DNA of 64,000 nucleotides from assembly GCF_009914755.1 (NCBI RefSeq), contig NC_060928.1; one strand, written 5' to 3'. Positions 60,408 to 64,000 of this stretch are shown piece after piece; the stretch's first letter is position 1; each line of letters opens with the position of its first letter. The position numbers were made by a program, and so were the translations under genes. This DNA comes from the human T2T-CHM13v2.0 reference genome, Homo sapiens. Under the pieces are notes generated by a model. That model was given only the letters and a program-made list of their open reading frames with translations. It was not told the DNA's origin and did no database searches.

Positions 60408-60426
60408 TGGCCAGTAGATGGCAGCA
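60408..60426 (+). promoter_or_regulatory. Strong CTCF motif TGGCCAGTAGATGGCAGCA
   Basis: Close match to the CTCF core consensus, in non-repetitive intronic sequence. Confidence 0.7.
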
Positions 60427-60744
60427 TTGGATTGCTGTTTCAGAGATGCCTTCTTGTGCCATTGATGGCTTAGTTTTTGTGTGTTGTGTGTGCTTCTAGG
60501 TTTCCTCGGGCGGAGGTTGATCAGCTTCCATAGCTTCCCAGGTGCGTACTCAAGATAATCCTGGCTTTTGCTTGGTTTTTAATCAGCGTTTTTGCCAGGC
60601 CACCGTTTCAAGATACTAAACGCAAACTGTGAGAGAAGTAATTAGACGCTGAATGGTTTGGGCAAAGCCTAGAACAGGCAATTGGTGGGCAGCTAGAGGA
60701 AGGAAACCTGTGTGGAGCTGTGGAGAGTGGTCGGCCCTGAGTGA

Positions 60745-60927
<183 letters not shown>

Positions 60928-61250
60928 TAGTAGAGACGGGGTTTCACCATGTTGGCCAGGATGGTCTCGATCTCCTGACCTCGTGATCCACCTGTCTTGG
61001 CCTCCCAAAGTGCTGGGTTTACAGGTGTGAGCCACCACGCCCGGCCTGCCCTGAGTGATTCCTTAGTGCTATTAGGAGTGCTTGGAATGGTGGGCCAAGT
61101 CAGTTTGGGTCTCGACTGTTGGGGTTGTCATCCAGCATTCTAATTATTGATGTGAAGGTGTTTCATTGCAGCCCGACCATTTTCCTTATGGTCGCATTCT
61201 TAGGAACTTGAATTGTGATCTGCCTAGATTGCTTTAGTAGTGTGTAGTAA

Positions 61251-61626
<376 letters not shown>

Positions 61627-62351
61627 TAGGAAAGTAAAGGTATTGCCAAATGGGAGTTTACATACTTGCTACTGTGTTTCAGAAATCTAAATAATCTGAA
61701 TTCTCTGGCAGTTCTTCAAAGGCTGTTTATAAAAGTAAGAAGAGTTATATTCTTATACAGTAAAATAGCAGTGAGGGCTTAGCAATAGTGGTACAAGGAA
61801 TTAAGACATCCAGTTTTAAATGTATGTAAAAATGTGCTTATAGAATTAGTCAGTGGCAGGGGATGGGGTGATGTTGCTAAATGGACACTAGGCAGAAGAG
61901 ATAAAGCTATTTAATGTGCCTGTTAACTATATGAATTCTGTAACTTGTGTGTTGCATTGAGAGTGATGGCTGGCCCATTGCCGTGACTCATGCCCAGTCC
62001 CAACACCTAGGGAGGCTGAGGTAGAAAGATCACTGAAGGCCAGGAGTTTGAAGCCAGCCTGGGATGCTTAGTGAGATCTCGTCTCTACTTTTTTAAAAAA
62101 AAATTTAATAAAAAAATAAAATGAGAATTACTGTGTTTGTGAAAAATGAATTGTGAGCAGAAGCCAAATATGGGTGGAATCAAATCCAAAATTTCCAAAC
62201 ACATAAAATTAGACCTGAAGCCAATTTGAGTGCCAAATAGAGTTCAGCAGAGGTTTTGTCAAGATTTGGTACTTTTCAGTATCTTAATTGCCACATGGGT
62301 AAATTATTTGTGCTGTTTAGCCTTAGGAAATAAGCTTTGAATATTGAGCTA

Positions 62352-62768
<417 letters not shown>

Positions 62769-63667
62769 CTAGCCAACGTGGTAAAACCCTGTCTCTACTA
62801 AACATATAAAAATTAGACAGGTGTGGTGGTGTGTGACATAATCCCAGCTACTCAGGAGGCTGAGGCAGGAGAATTGCTTGAACCCGGGGGGGCGGAGGTT
62901 GCAGTGAGCTGAGAGTGTGCCTTTGCACTCCAGCCTGGGCAACAGAGTGAGACTCCATCTCAAAAAAAAAAAAAGTTGAATGTTAGGTGGGGTATGGTGG
63001 CTAATGCCTGTAATCCCAGCACTTTGAGAGGCTGAGCTGAGAGGATTGCTTGAAGCCAGGAGTTCAAGACTAGCCTGGAAACAAAGTGAGACCCCTGTCT
63101 CTACAAAAAAAAAATTCTTTTAATTAGCCAGGGTGGTGGCATATTCCCATCATCCCAGCTGCTTAGGCTGAGGCAGGAGGATTGCCTGAGTCCAGAAGTT
63201 AGAGGATGCAGTGAGCTATGATGGCACCATTGTGCTCCAACTCCAGCCTGGGCAATGGAGTGAGACTCTGTCTCCAAAAAAAAAAAAGGGGGAATGTAAA
63301 GTTGTTTTTTAAAGTAGGTGAGAAACAATGAGACTTGTTAACTCAGTTATTCTCTCATTTTGTTTTTTTTTTGAGAGCTGGGGTGCAGTGGTGCAGTCAT
63401 GGTTCACTGCAACTTCCACCTCCCAGGCTTAGGTGATCCTCCTGCCCTAGCCACAGGCACATGCCACCATGCCCAGCTAATTTTTTCTTTTTTTAATTAC
63501 ATCTAGATACGGATCTCTCTGTGTTGCCCAGGCTACTCTCAAACTCCTGGATTTAAATGATCCACCCACCTCAGCCTCCCAACATGCTAGGATTATAGCA
63601 CGTTTGAAATTGGCATAATAAGCGTATCTGCTTCCTAGGATTGTGATGAGAACTGAAAATATAGTTA

Positions 63668-63967
63668 AAGTTCAGGAGGCTGGGAAGTCCAGTCAAAGGG
63701 CTGGCATCTGGTAAGGGCCTTGTTGCTGTGTCATGCCATGGCCAAAGATGGAAGGTCAAGAGAGGGCTGAACTCGCCCTTTTATAAGGAACCCACCCCTG
63801 GAACAGCACTGTGTCTCCCCACCCCCCACCTTATTGGTATTAATCCATTGATGAGAGCCATGCCCTCATGACCCAAACACCTCCCATTGCCCAACTCCCA
63901 ACACTGCTGCTTTGGGGATCAAGTTTCTAATACATGAACTTTGGGGGACATGCATTCAAACCATAAT
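63668..63967 (-). mobile_element. MaLR LTR fragment (MST-type)
   Basis: ggctgggaagtcca...ggcatctggtaagggcc...catgaactttggggga...attcaaaccata motifs. Confidence 0.75.
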
Positions 63968-64000
63968 AAAGTGAGAAGAGAAAGGTGCCCCTCAGTCTTC

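Overview
Primate (human-like) genomic DNA that is very Alu-dense (roughly 100 copies or fragments by visual estimate). It also carries ERV1 and MaLR solo LTRs, old L1/L2/MIR fragments and hAT MITEs. The only protein-coding sequence is exon 1 of NOCT (nocturnin/CCRN4L, + strand, CDS 45897-46086) inside a CpG-island promoter. Positions 1-45.6 kb are upstream intergenic sequence and 46087-64000 is intron 1; exon 2 is not in the window. Almost every other ORF in the track is an Alu, L1 or LTR artefact. The most interesting observations are: (i) three short L1-mobilised small-RNA retrocopies with target-site duplications: a Y4 RNA 3' part, a tailless tRNA-Gly(TCC) 5'-half fragment, and a 53-nt double-hairpin RNA about 1.6 kb upstream of the NOCT ATG; (ii) a CRE-rich intronic element ending in a splice donor, a candidate alternative or vestigial first exon; (iii) a candidate 42-nt in-frame cassette exon next to a strong CTCF motif; (iv) upstream MER41B (GAS) and LTR8 (tandem AP-1) LTRs as candidate inducible enhancers. 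Repeat subfamily names come from remembered consensus sequences and need RepeatMasker/Dfam confirmation.
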